Shown: positions 1-7,619 of the stretch, piece after piece
Position numbering within the stretch: position 1 is the first letter of the stretch
Layout: each line of letters opens with the position of its first letter
From: Deltaproteobacteria bacterium UBA4427
GTDB lineage: Bacteria; Myxococcota_A; UBA9160; UBA4427
Length of the DNA: 64,000 nucleotides
Direction of reading: 5' to 3'
Assembly (NCBI GenBank): GCA_002390675.1
Contig: DGPZ01000195.1
Coordinates: 67,095 to 131,094 of the forward strand
Made by a program: the position numbers and the translations under genes
Notes under the pieces: generated by a model
Seen by the model: only the letters and a program-made list of their open reading frames with translations
Databases searched by the model: none
Told to the model about the DNA's origin: nothing

Positions 1-1162
1 CGAATCGCTCGACTTGCGCTTCGATCGCTTCGGTTCGGTCGACCGTCGATCCATGGGGAACATGGCAGTAGGCGTACCCTGTATGTTTCCCTTCCGGCGC
101 GCGCGTCGAATCAAACTGACTTTGTTGGCACAAGATGAGATAGGGTCGGTCGCTATGTTGACCGCGATACATGGCTCGTTCGGAGGCAGCGATTTCATCG
201 AGTGTGCCGCCGACATGAACTGTGGAGGCTTCGAGGCAGTTCGGATCCCGCCAAGGGATCGGGCCATCGAGTGCCCAGTCGATCTTGAAGGCCCCGGGGC
301 CGTAGCGATAACGGCCGAGTCGGCGCCGATAGCCTGCGGGAAGTGCGTCACCGGCGATCGTCGAGAGCTGTTCAGGAGACGTATCGAAGATTACGACTGG
401 GGCGTTAGGCAAAGCATCCAGACGGTCGACGCGGTTCCCTGTTTCGATCGTGCCGCCGAGGCTTTCGAAATATCGGCCGAGTGCGCGTGCGATAGATTGA
501 GAGCCGCCGCGAGCGACCGGCCAATTCTCGACGTGGGCCGTGAGTAGGAATAGCGTTCCGAGAGCCGCGGTAAGTGGCTGACTCAGAGGTAGGACTGAAT
601 GCCCACCGCACCCGCCTAATAGGGCGCGCGCTCGTTCTTCTCGGAAGATGATCTTTGCGAGTCGATTGGCCGAGAATGCGGCGCGAAGACCGAAGCGCGC
701 CATCTGAATCGGATGTTTGGGGATTCCGAGCGGCGCCATGGCGTCGGCGAGTAAACCATGCACGTCATGCATGAGTGGTTTAATGAGCCGGATATAGTTC
801 CGTTCGTCCCTGCCGAGGCCTTCCGCTGTCCGCTCAAGCGATTTGTAGAGCATGATCGCATCCCCATCATCGAGGGGATGAGCGACGGAGGCTGGGGGCA
901 GGACCCAATCGAGCCCGAATTCATCGAGCGGAAGTTGTCGATAGAACGGCGAGAGTATGCCCATAGGATGAACTGCAGAGCAGATATCGTGAACGAAGCC
1001 CGGAAGCGTGAGCTCCCCACTTCTCGTGCCTCCACCGATTTCATCAGCGGCTTCGACTATCCGAACGGATGCGCCATTTCGCGCGAGCTCGATTGCTGCG
1101 GCGAGGCCGTTGGGACCTGATCCAATGACGATCGCATCGGGTGTGTTGTCAGCCGTCGACAT
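1..1162 (-). CDS. NAD(P)/FAD-dependent oxidoreductase, phytoene-desaturase (CrtI)-like family; 3' end runs off the left window edge
   Basis: Absent from the ORF track because there is no stop in the window. Manual translation from ATG 1162..1160 gives MSTADNTPDAIVIGSGPNGLAAAIELARNGASVRIVEAADEIGGGTRSGELTLPGFVHDICSAVHPMG..., with a GxGxxG dinucleotide fold. The frame stays open to base 1. Track ORFs 14..547(+), 616..1044(-) and 758..1120(+) are other frames of this gene. Confidence 0.8.
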   Translation of the reverse strand, partial: MSTADNTPDAIVIGSGPNGLAAAIELARNGASVRIVEAADEIGGGTRSGELTLPGFVHDICSAVHPMGILSPFYRQLPLDEFGLDWVLPPASVAHPLDDGDAIMLYKSLERTAEGLGRDERNYIRLIKPLMHDVHGLLADAMAPLGIPKHPIQMARFGLRAAFSANRLAKIIFREERARALLGGCGGHSVLPLSQPLTAALGTLFLLTAHVENWPVARGGSQSIARALGRYFESLGGTIETGNRVDRLDALPNAPVVIFDTSPEQLSTIAGDALPAGYRRRLGRYRYGPGAFKIDWALDGPIPWRDPNCLEASTVHVGGTLDEIAASERAMYRGQHSDRPYLILCQQSQFDSTRAPEGKHTGYAYCHVPHGSTVDRTEAIEAQVERF

Positions 1163-1349
1163 GTTGTTCTTCCTGAATTATTTAGCGACATGTGTCGCAG
1201 GTTGATGAAGACGAGCGAGCCTTCGTAGAGCGTGGACGCGGAACCATGCCCATTCGTTGCGGCTCGAGCCAAACGATAGAACGTATCTCTGCGATGGGCG
1301 CGAAGTGATCAGGCGCTAGCATCTGCCATCCCGTTGACCGAGGTCTCGA

Positions 1350-1910
1350 TTGTCCCGAATTTCAGAATCAGATGAGCGAGCCAAAATTCCGGAGGCTGTT
1401 CTTGTTCGGCCCGTGTTTGGGGTCGGTTTAAGCCCCGGGACGTTGGCGGGCCAAATCGTGTCTGAACGCACGCTGTTCGTGTTTCTTCGCCATTTTGGAT
1501 GCATTTTCTGCCGAGAGGCGATTGCAGATATCCGGGCTGCAAAGGAGGCAGACCCCGATTATCCCGACGTACTCTTCTTCTTCCAGGGGAGTGCCACGGA
1601 GGGGCGAGCGTTTTTGCGTCGCTATTGGCCGGAAGCTCGCGCGGTCGCCGACCCGGAGCTCGAATTGTACGATGCCTTTGGTGTCGGGCGTGCCACCTTA
1701 CTCGAAGCGCTCGGCCCCCAAGTGCTTAAAGCGAATCGCAGGGCAAAGTCCAAGGGGCATTCAAGCGGACCTAGGTCCGGGGATATTTGGCGAATGCCCG
1801 GAATCTTCGCAGTAGAGAGTCTGCACATCGTCTGGTCTCACTCGCCATCTCATGCTGCGGATCACCCTGATTTTGCAGGGTTGCGCGACGTCTTCAGCCC
1901 CGCGACCTGA
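1350..1910 (+). CDS. peroxiredoxin-like (AhpC/TSA-like) thioredoxin-fold redox protein
   Basis: 186 aa. FVFLRHFGCIFCREA carries a CxxC-type motif after a beta-strand, and the length fits AhpC/TSA-like proteins. Divergent from the CrtI-like gene. Confidence 0.65.
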   Translation: MSRISESDERAKIPEAVLVRPVFGVGLSPGTLAGQIVSERTLFVFLRHFGCIFCREAIADIRAAKEADPDYPDVLFFFQGSATEGRAFLRRYWPEARAVADPELELYDAFGVGRATLLEALGPQVLKANRRAKSKGHSSGPRSGDIWRMPGIFAVESLHIVWSHSPSHAADHPDFAGLRDVFSPAT

Positions 1911-1956
1911 ACGGACCCGAAGATATCTGAGCGTGCTGATAAACCGGGCGACGTGA

Positions 1957-2376
1957 TTAGCTGACCTTCGGCGGCTCTTGGGGCAGCGCGCAAACCTTCG
2001 GCGCGCGACCGGTGAGGCGCAATCGATTATTTGCGAACCAGATGTAGGCCAGATCGAAGATCGTTCGGAACCCGGGCCAGCCAGCCGGCGCCGCGAGCCA
2101 ACCGAGTCCGACCGCTCTATATAAATGGATGAATACATCCACTCCTTCGATAATTTCTCCGCTCGGAAGCTGGCCGTGGATTCTCGCTTCGATTGCAGCT
2201 TGTTCGAGTCCGTATATAGAGGCGTCGAAGTCTGTTGCAGAGAGATCGATAAGGTCCACCCGGCCGTTTTTACGATCGAGGCGCCTAATCAGCTGGATTT
2301 CGCGGGCGCAAAGTGGGCATTCGGCGTCATAGAAGACTCGGAAATCCCAATCATTATCGCTGTACGGCATCAGCAC
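1957..2376 (-). CDS. thiol-disulfide oxidoreductase, DCC1-like family (DUF393)
   Basis: 139 aa. N-terminal FYDAECPLCAREIQLIRRLD CxxC motif and size are typical of the DCC family. Confidence 0.8.
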   Translation of the reverse strand: MLMPYSDNDWDFRVFYDAECPLCAREIQLIRRLDRKNGRVDLIDLSATDFDASIYGLEQAAIEARIHGQLPSGEIIEGVDVFIHLYRAVGLGWLAAPAGWPGFRTIFDLAYIWFANNRLRLTGRAPKVCALPQEPPKVS

Positions 2377-2383
2377 CTCCTTC

Positions 2384-3652
2384 CTAACAACAGCCGAGTT
2401 CGCGGCCCAATTCTAGTGCAGTCTTGGACTGGTGCAGGTCTTCTAGCGCACGTCGCTCGATCTGTCGGATGCGTTCTCGGCTGACCCCAATGCGATCTCC
2501 TATTTGCGCAAGCGACGCGGGTTCTTCGCCGTTAAGACCAAAACGGGCTCTAATGACCAACTTCGCACGGTCATCGAGGATGGGAAGCATTTCTTCCACT
2601 CGTCGGCCAATAGCTTCGTTGTCGAATTTTGCGTCGGGATCGGGGTCGGACTCCGCTGCAAAAGTGTCCTCGATTGTGAGGTTTTCGGTTCCGCCCACAA
2701 TACTGTGACTCGAAATTTCGGGACTTAAGCTGCGTCTAAGATCATCTCCCAGTGAGTCGTCGAGCCCCATGATTTCGATCAGATCGAATGGGGTGGGTTC
2801 CGAGGAGGATGCAGTTCGATGCAACTCTTCAAGCCGTCGGAACGCTCGTTGCTGATCCTGAACCGGACTCGGGATTCGAATCGTTCGAGAGTCGTTTGCG
2901 ACTGCTCGTACGAGTGCTTGTTCGATCCACCAGATGGCGTAGGTGGAAAACTTATATCCACGCCGGAAGTCAAACTTCTCCACGGCTCGGATCAGCCCAA
3001 CATTGCCTTCTTGGATGAGATCGATAAATGCAACGCCTCGATTTCGGAAATCCTTGGCACAGACAACGACGAGCCGAAGATTATGCTGAATGAAGAGATT
3101 CTTCGAATCTGTCAGGCGAGCGAGTGCGTCGTTCGCGTCTCGAAGATGAGGTTGGTCCTCTAGAGGCAAGCGTCCGCTGTGTCTCCGGCTGGAAACATTG
3201 AGCTCTTCCTGGATGGCGAGAAGAATCGGAAGAGAGATATCCGAAGCCAAAATCTCTTGGGCAAGCGCTTTACGCTGGCCTCCGGATTTACCTTGTCTGG
3301 CTGCCGAAAGTCGCCGTAGGAGAACTTCCACCCGTCCCATGGCTGCATCGACTCGTTCGTTGATGTTCTTCGTCGTTCCATCGCGGTGAAACTTCGAAAG
3401 GGCCCCGGTGACAAGTCCGCGAGCACGGCGGTCGTTCCAGCGCTCCATCAGTCGTTGCGCGACATCTGGAATTTGAGCGAGTGCCTCGCGCAGACTGGCT
3501 TCCGCACCTTCCATATTTACGAAGAGGCGGTTTTGCTCCTCCGTCTCAAGAACGGGAGTGTCGTAAATATCGTCGAGGTAGCTTTGGAGGATCTGCCGGT
3601 CTCTGGGCTCGAGGTGGGCGGCTTGCGCTTCCGTAGGGTTCTTGGCGAACAT
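2384..3652 (-). CDS. RNA polymerase sigma factor, sigma-70 (RpoD/RpoS-like) family
   Basis: Region 2: DLIQEGNVGLIRAVEKFDFRRGYKFSTYAIWWIEQA. Region 4: LAQIGDRIGVSRERIRQIERRALEDL. The track start is TTG 3688; ATG 3652 (MFAKNPTE) has a GGAGA about 9 nt upstream and is preferred. Confidence 0.9.
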   Translation of the reverse strand: MFAKNPTEAQAAHLEPRDRQILQSYLDDIYDTPVLETEEQNRLFVNMEGAEASLREALAQIPDVAQRLMERWNDRRARGLVTGALSKFHRDGTTKNINERVDAAMGRVEVLLRRLSAARQGKSGGQRKALAQEILASDISLPILLAIQEELNVSSRRHSGRLPLEDQPHLRDANDALARLTDSKNLFIQHNLRLVVVCAKDFRNRGVAFIDLIQEGNVGLIRAVEKFDFRRGYKFSTYAIWWIEQALVRAVANDSRTIRIPSPVQDQQRAFRRLEELHRTASSSEPTPFDLIEIMGLDDSLGDDLRRSLSPEISSHSIVGGTENLTIEDTFAAESDPDPDAKFDNEAIGRRVEEMLPILDDRAKLVIRARFGLNGEEPASLAQIGDRIGVSRERIRQIERRALEDLHQSKTALELGRELGCC

Positions 3653-3676
3653 TTTTTCTGTCTCCGTGTTATCAGC

Positions 3677-3688
3677 TTGTCTAGACAA
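3677..3688. promoter_or_regulatory. perfect 12-bp palindrome TTGTCTAGACAA in the divergent sigma / MerR-like promoter region
   Basis: Read directly from the sequence. It lies 25 nt upstream of the preferred sigma-factor ATG, inside an AT-rich island in a roughly 60% GC window. Confidence 0.45.
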
Positions 3689-3728
3689 TGATACATATAT
3701 TTCGTCCTGTAAAGATAAAATCTGTACA

Positions 3729-3750
3729 TTGTCTAGATATTGTCTAAGTG
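3729..3750. promoter_or_regulatory. two tandem 11-bp direct repeats (TTGTCTAGATA / TTGTCTAAGTG), candidate MerR/LitR/CarH-type operator
   Basis: Exact 11-bp phasing. The reverse complements TATCTAGACAA and CACTTAGACAA both fit nAnnTnnACAn. A related site, CGGTCTAGATG, sits at 3782..3792 over the regulator start codon. Confidence 0.45.
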
Positions 3751-3789
3751 AATTAGTCCCCCGGGGAATTCTCGTTTTGTCCGGTCTAG

Positions 3790-4575
3790 ATGGCCCAGGA
3801 GAACTTCACACTGATGAACGAGGCCCTAGAGTCGGCACCTCTAATATCCGCACTGGGAGGGCGATCGATGAGCGATGAGCAAGACGGACAAGAACGGTTT
3901 CCCGTCCGCCTAGCCGCTCGGCTCTCAGGGATCGCGGCAGAGAGGATTCGCTCCCGGGAGACGCGTCACCATGCTGCCGTCTCGCCCGCTCGAAGCTGCG
4001 GAGAAGGAAGGCAGTATTCAGCCGCCGATCTAAAGCGGCTCCGACTGCTCGGGAGAGCGGTTGCGTCTGGTCGTCGTATTGGAGACATCGCGACGCTGGA
4101 TGATGCAGTATTGACGGACCTGTTAAGAGAAGGAACCGAGCACGATTGGGAGGCTGGGCTGATGCCGATCTCCTCCGAGCGTATGGCCACGGGAATTATT
4201 AGGTCTCTACTCCTTGATCGACTCGACTCAATCCGGAGTTCGGATGGCGTTGGACCTCGGATCATTTTCGCAACGCCGAGTGGTGAGCGCCGCGATCCGG
4301 GGCTTCTCGTCGCGAGCCTGGTCGTAGCAAGCAAAAGATCCGAGGTGGTATTCCGGGGCGCTGAAGTTCCCGTAGAAGACTTTAATCTCGCAGTGGAAGG
4401 AAGCCGAATAAACGTGTTTGATTTGGGGATAGTGACCGAAGATTCGATCGATGTAGCGGGCTGCTTTAGGAATGTTAAGCGAAGGCTCGACAAGCGAGCT
4501 GTTTTCGGGGGCGGGATACGAGGAAACGACTACGCGTCTACCCAGCAGCCATGGGTAAAGGGAGGAACATCATGA
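3790..4575 (+). CDS. MerR-family transcriptional regulator with a C-terminal B12-binding-like (LitR/CarH-like) domain lacking the His ligand
   Basis: HTH segment: FPVRLAARLSGIAAERIRSRETRHHAAVSPARSCGEGRQYSAADLKRLRLLGRAVASGRRIGDIATL. C-terminal Rossmann-like segment: PRIIFATPSGERRDPGLLVASLVVASKRSEVVFRGAEVP, with ExRxxG where ExHxxG is expected. The N-terminal start is uncertain (MNEAL or MSDEQ are possible). Confidence 0.7.
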   Translation: MAQENFTLMNEALESAPLISALGGRSMSDEQDGQERFPVRLAARLSGIAAERIRSRETRHHAAVSPARSCGEGRQYSAADLKRLRLLGRAVASGRRIGDIATLDDAVLTDLLREGTEHDWEAGLMPISSERMATGIIRSLLLDRLDSIRSSDGVGPRIIFATPSGERRDPGLLVASLVVASKRSEVVFRGAEVPVEDFNLAVEGSRINVFDLGIVTEDSIDVAGCFRNVKRRLDKRAVFGGGIRGNDYASTQQPWVKGGTS

Positions 4576-5555
4576 GGGTCGCGGTGATTGGCGCGGGAAT
4601 AGCAGGCCTAAACGCCGCCCGACAACTCGAGGCTGCAGGGATGGAGGCCGTGCTATTCGAAAAGGCGCGCGGGGCCTCCGGGCGACTTTCAACGCGCCGT
4701 TCTGACTTCGGTGCATTCGACCACGGTGCCCAGTACTTCACGGCACGCGATGATGAATTCCGCAACCAGGTCGAAGCGTGGCTCGCCGAAGGGGTTGTGG
4801 AGAGGTGGAACGGTCGAATCGTTCGCCTCTCGGGAGGGGGAGAGTCAACTGAGGGATCGCCGATTGAGCGTTATGTTGGGAGTCCCGGTATGAGCGCGAT
4901 TGCGCGCGACCTTCGCGGTGATCTCAATATATCGCTCGGGGTGCGTATCGAATCAGTGAAGCGGGTCGGGAATCGATGGACGCTGACTGCTCACGATGGA
5001 TCTGAATTTCCTGATTTCGATTCACTTGTTATTGCCGTCCCTGCACCGCAGGCTGTCCCTTTTCTGTCTAGCGTTCCGGAGTTCGATCGCGAGGTGCGAC
5101 TCGTGAACATGGCACCTTGTCACGCGGTGATGGTTCGATTCCAGAAATCCTATGATCCAGAATTCGACGCGGCCTTCGTTGATTCTGAGTCCTTGTCTTG
5201 GGTCGCGAGGAATAGCTCGAAGCCGGGGCGAGGACCGGAGGATTGTTGGGTACTGCATTCAACCGTTGAATGGAGCGCCTCGAATCTTGACGCGGATCCA
5301 AATGACGTGACGAAATCACTGCTTTTAGCGTTCCAAGAGGCCGTCGGAAGCACGCTCCCTCCGACTGATTTTTCCGCGATGCACCGATGGCTTTTGTCCC
5401 GCTCTTTGCACCCTTTACGATCGGGTCCGCTCTGGGATGCCGACCAAAGCTTGGGAGTGTGTGGCGATTGGACCATCGGCGATCGCGTCGAAGATGGATA
5501 TATGAGCGGGTCTAGACTCGTGCGTCGAATCCTCGACGATAAGTGTGCCTCATGA
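4572..5555 (+). CDS. NAD/FAD-dependent oxidoreductase (renalase / amine-oxidase-like, photolyase-associated)
   Basis: MRVAVIGAGIAGLNAARQLEAAGMEAVLFEKARGASGR is a GxGxxG plus acidic-residue motif. AGGGAGGA RBS precedes ATG 4572. The start overlaps the regulator stop. Confidence 0.8.
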   Translation: MRVAVIGAGIAGLNAARQLEAAGMEAVLFEKARGASGRLSTRRSDFGAFDHGAQYFTARDDEFRNQVEAWLAEGVVERWNGRIVRLSGGGESTEGSPIERYVGSPGMSAIARDLRGDLNISLGVRIESVKRVGNRWTLTAHDGSEFPDFDSLVIAVPAPQAVPFLSSVPEFDREVRLVNMAPCHAVMVRFQKSYDPEFDAAFVDSESLSWVARNSSKPGRGPEDCWVLHSTVEWSASNLDADPNDVTKSLLLAFQEAVGSTLPPTDFSAMHRWLLSRSLHPLRSGPLWDADQSLGVCGDWTIGDRVEDGYMSGSRLVRRILDDKCAS

Positions 5556-6967
5556 GTCTTGTTCGCGGTCTGCATTGGTTCCGGAATGATCTCCGGCTTC
5601 GTGACAACACCACACTCTTGGCACTCGCTGATCGAGTAGATGAGTGGCTTCCCGTCTTTATTTTCGATCCCGGTTTCCTCGGCGACGACCCGGATCTGCC
5701 GAGAGTACGTTTTCTGAAGGATTGTGTTTCACGGCTCCGGGATGATTTGAGCAGCAGAGGCGTGGCTCTTTGCATTAGAGAGGGTGACCCGGCTGAAGTT
5801 CTTACGCGACTGGTCGACGAAACGCGATCTGAAATCGTATCGTTCGGCGCAGCGGATACTCCACTCGCCCGGCGCCGGGATGAAGCGGTCGGAGCTGCAA
5901 TCAAAAAGGTTGGGGCGAGCACACTCGTGATCCGAGATCACACGGTCTTCGGTCCCGAGGAGATTCGAACGAAGCAGGACGGCGTTTATTCAGTCTATAC
6001 GCCTTACAAAAACGCTTGGTGGGCCCGATGGTTCGAGGCGCCTCGTCATGCGGCTAAGCGCGTTCGTCTCCCGGCGATCGCTCTCGAGCTCAAATCCGAC
6101 AATCTGCAGATTGCTCTCTCGTCTTCAACATCTTCGACATCGAAGGTTGGGCTCCCGGCAGGAGGTGAGATAGCGGCCGCTCGTCGACTGAAATCATTCC
6201 TCACGGATAGCATTTCGGACTATGAGGTGAGTCGCGACTTCCCCGCGGTTGACGGGACTTCGAGGTTGTCTCCGTATTTGAGATTTGGCGTCATATCGCC
6301 TCGAAGATGCTTCGACGAAGCACTCGCGTTAGGTGCAGCGCAGCCAGCTGCGATGGAGGGGGTTCGGAAATGGCTCGACGAGCTTGTCTGGCGTGAGTTC
6401 TACGCGATGGTGCTGGCGAATTCGCCACGGGTACTGACACAAAATTTCCGGCGTGAATACGATCATCTGGAATGGTCCGGGAGCGATGCCGAATTCGAAG
6501 CATGGCGTTTGGGGAAGACGGGGTACCCGATCGTTGATGCGGGTATGCGGCAACTCGCGCAGACAGGCTGGATGCACAATCGCGTTCGCATGATCGTTGC
6601 GAGCTTTCTTACGAAAGATCTTCTGATCGATTGGCGGAGAGGGGCTCGGCACTTCTTCGATTCGCTGGTCGATGGAGACCCAGCCTCGAATAGCGGTGGC
6701 TGGCAGTGGGCAGCATCGACGGGGACGGATAGCCAGCCCTATTTCCGGATTTTTAATCCGACGCTTCAGGGCCAGAAATGGGACCCTGAGGGTATTTACA
6801 TTCGCCGGTTTATTCCTGAGCTTCGGGGGATTGAGACTCGCTTTATCCACGCGCCGTGGAAGGCGAAAGAGCCTCCGATCGACTACCCGAGCCCGATTGT
6901 AGATCATTCGATTCAACGCGAACGGGCGCTTGATGCATACCGTTCGGCACGTGCGAAGGGTGCATAG
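5552..6967 (+). CDS. phrB: deoxyribodipyrimidine (CPD) photolyase, class I
   Basis: WFRNDLRLRDN, SRLSPYLRFG, WREFY and TGYPIVDAGMRQLAQTGWMHNRVRMIVASFLTKDLLIDWRRGARHFFDSLVDGDPASNSGGWQWAASTG...YFRIFNP. ATGA start/stop overlap with the upstream gene. Confidence 0.95.
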   Translation: MSLVRGLHWFRNDLRLRDNTTLLALADRVDEWLPVFIFDPGFLGDDPDLPRVRFLKDCVSRLRDDLSSRGVALCIREGDPAEVLTRLVDETRSEIVSFGAADTPLARRRDEAVGAAIKKVGASTLVIRDHTVFGPEEIRTKQDGVYSVYTPYKNAWWARWFEAPRHAAKRVRLPAIALELKSDNLQIALSSSTSSTSKVGLPAGGEIAAARRLKSFLTDSISDYEVSRDFPAVDGTSRLSPYLRFGVISPRRCFDEALALGAAQPAAMEGVRKWLDELVWREFYAMVLANSPRVLTQNFRREYDHLEWSGSDAEFEAWRLGKTGYPIVDAGMRQLAQTGWMHNRVRMIVASFLTKDLLIDWRRGARHFFDSLVDGDPASNSGGWQWAASTGTDSQPYFRIFNPTLQGQKWDPEGIYIRRFIPELRGIETRFIHAPWKAKEPPIDYPSPIVDHSIQRERALDAYRSARAKGA

Positions 6968-7033
6968 TTGCAGGATCTAGTGCGCGCCCCGATTTAGCGG
7001 ACGAGTAGACCATTAATGATCTGTCAATTAGAT

Positions 7034-7483
7034 CTACGCCAATAAATCTCGTACGCGTTCGCTTCGATAGGAAAAGATCCGGTTGAGTTGAGGACGAACG
7101 ATCGGATGAACGAGCCCGCCAAATGGGGGAAGTGGCAGGGAGTAGTGGATCGAATCAGTGATTCTCGTTGTGCGCTCATCGATGGCTTGGAAACGATGCT
7201 CATGATGCCAAACCCGAAAGGGGCCGCTAATTTGACGATCGACGAAGCGTCGCCCTTCCTCCCACACCGAAATCTCGGTAAGCCACGAAAAGGGTATGCC
7301 GAAGAGGCTCAGACGATATTCGATAAGCGCCCCCGATCGCATTTCGATAGGCATAGGAGTGACGATACGGAACTTAAGTTCTGGTGGTGTGATCGCCTCA
7401 AGGTTCGATGCGTCAGCGAAGAACTCGAAAACCTCATCGAGTGGCCTTGGAAGTGTTAGGTCTGTGGATATTTGATAGGTCAT
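7034..7483 (-). CDS. SRPBCC (START/polyketide-cyclase-like) family protein
   Basis: 149 aa. The pattern LDEVFEFFADASNLEAITPP...FRVWHHEHRF matches the SRPBCC ligand-binding fold family. Confidence 0.7.
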   Translation of the reverse strand: MTYQISTDLTLPRPLDEVFEFFADASNLEAITPPELKFRIVTPMPIEMRSGALIEYRLSLFGIPFSWLTEISVWEEGRRFVDRQISGPFRVWHHEHRFQAIDERTTRITDSIHYSLPLPPFGGLVHPIVRPQLNRIFSYRSERVRDLLA

Positions 7484-7619
7484 AGTGAGTCCCGTGGGCA
7501 GAATTTATTATTTCGTCCTCTAAACCTTAGGTTTCGAGATCACCGAGGCAATCCAACGCGAAAGAATTTCCCTACCGCGCAGCTTCTCGAACGAAGTTCT
7601 CCAAGAAACGGATCTTGAT

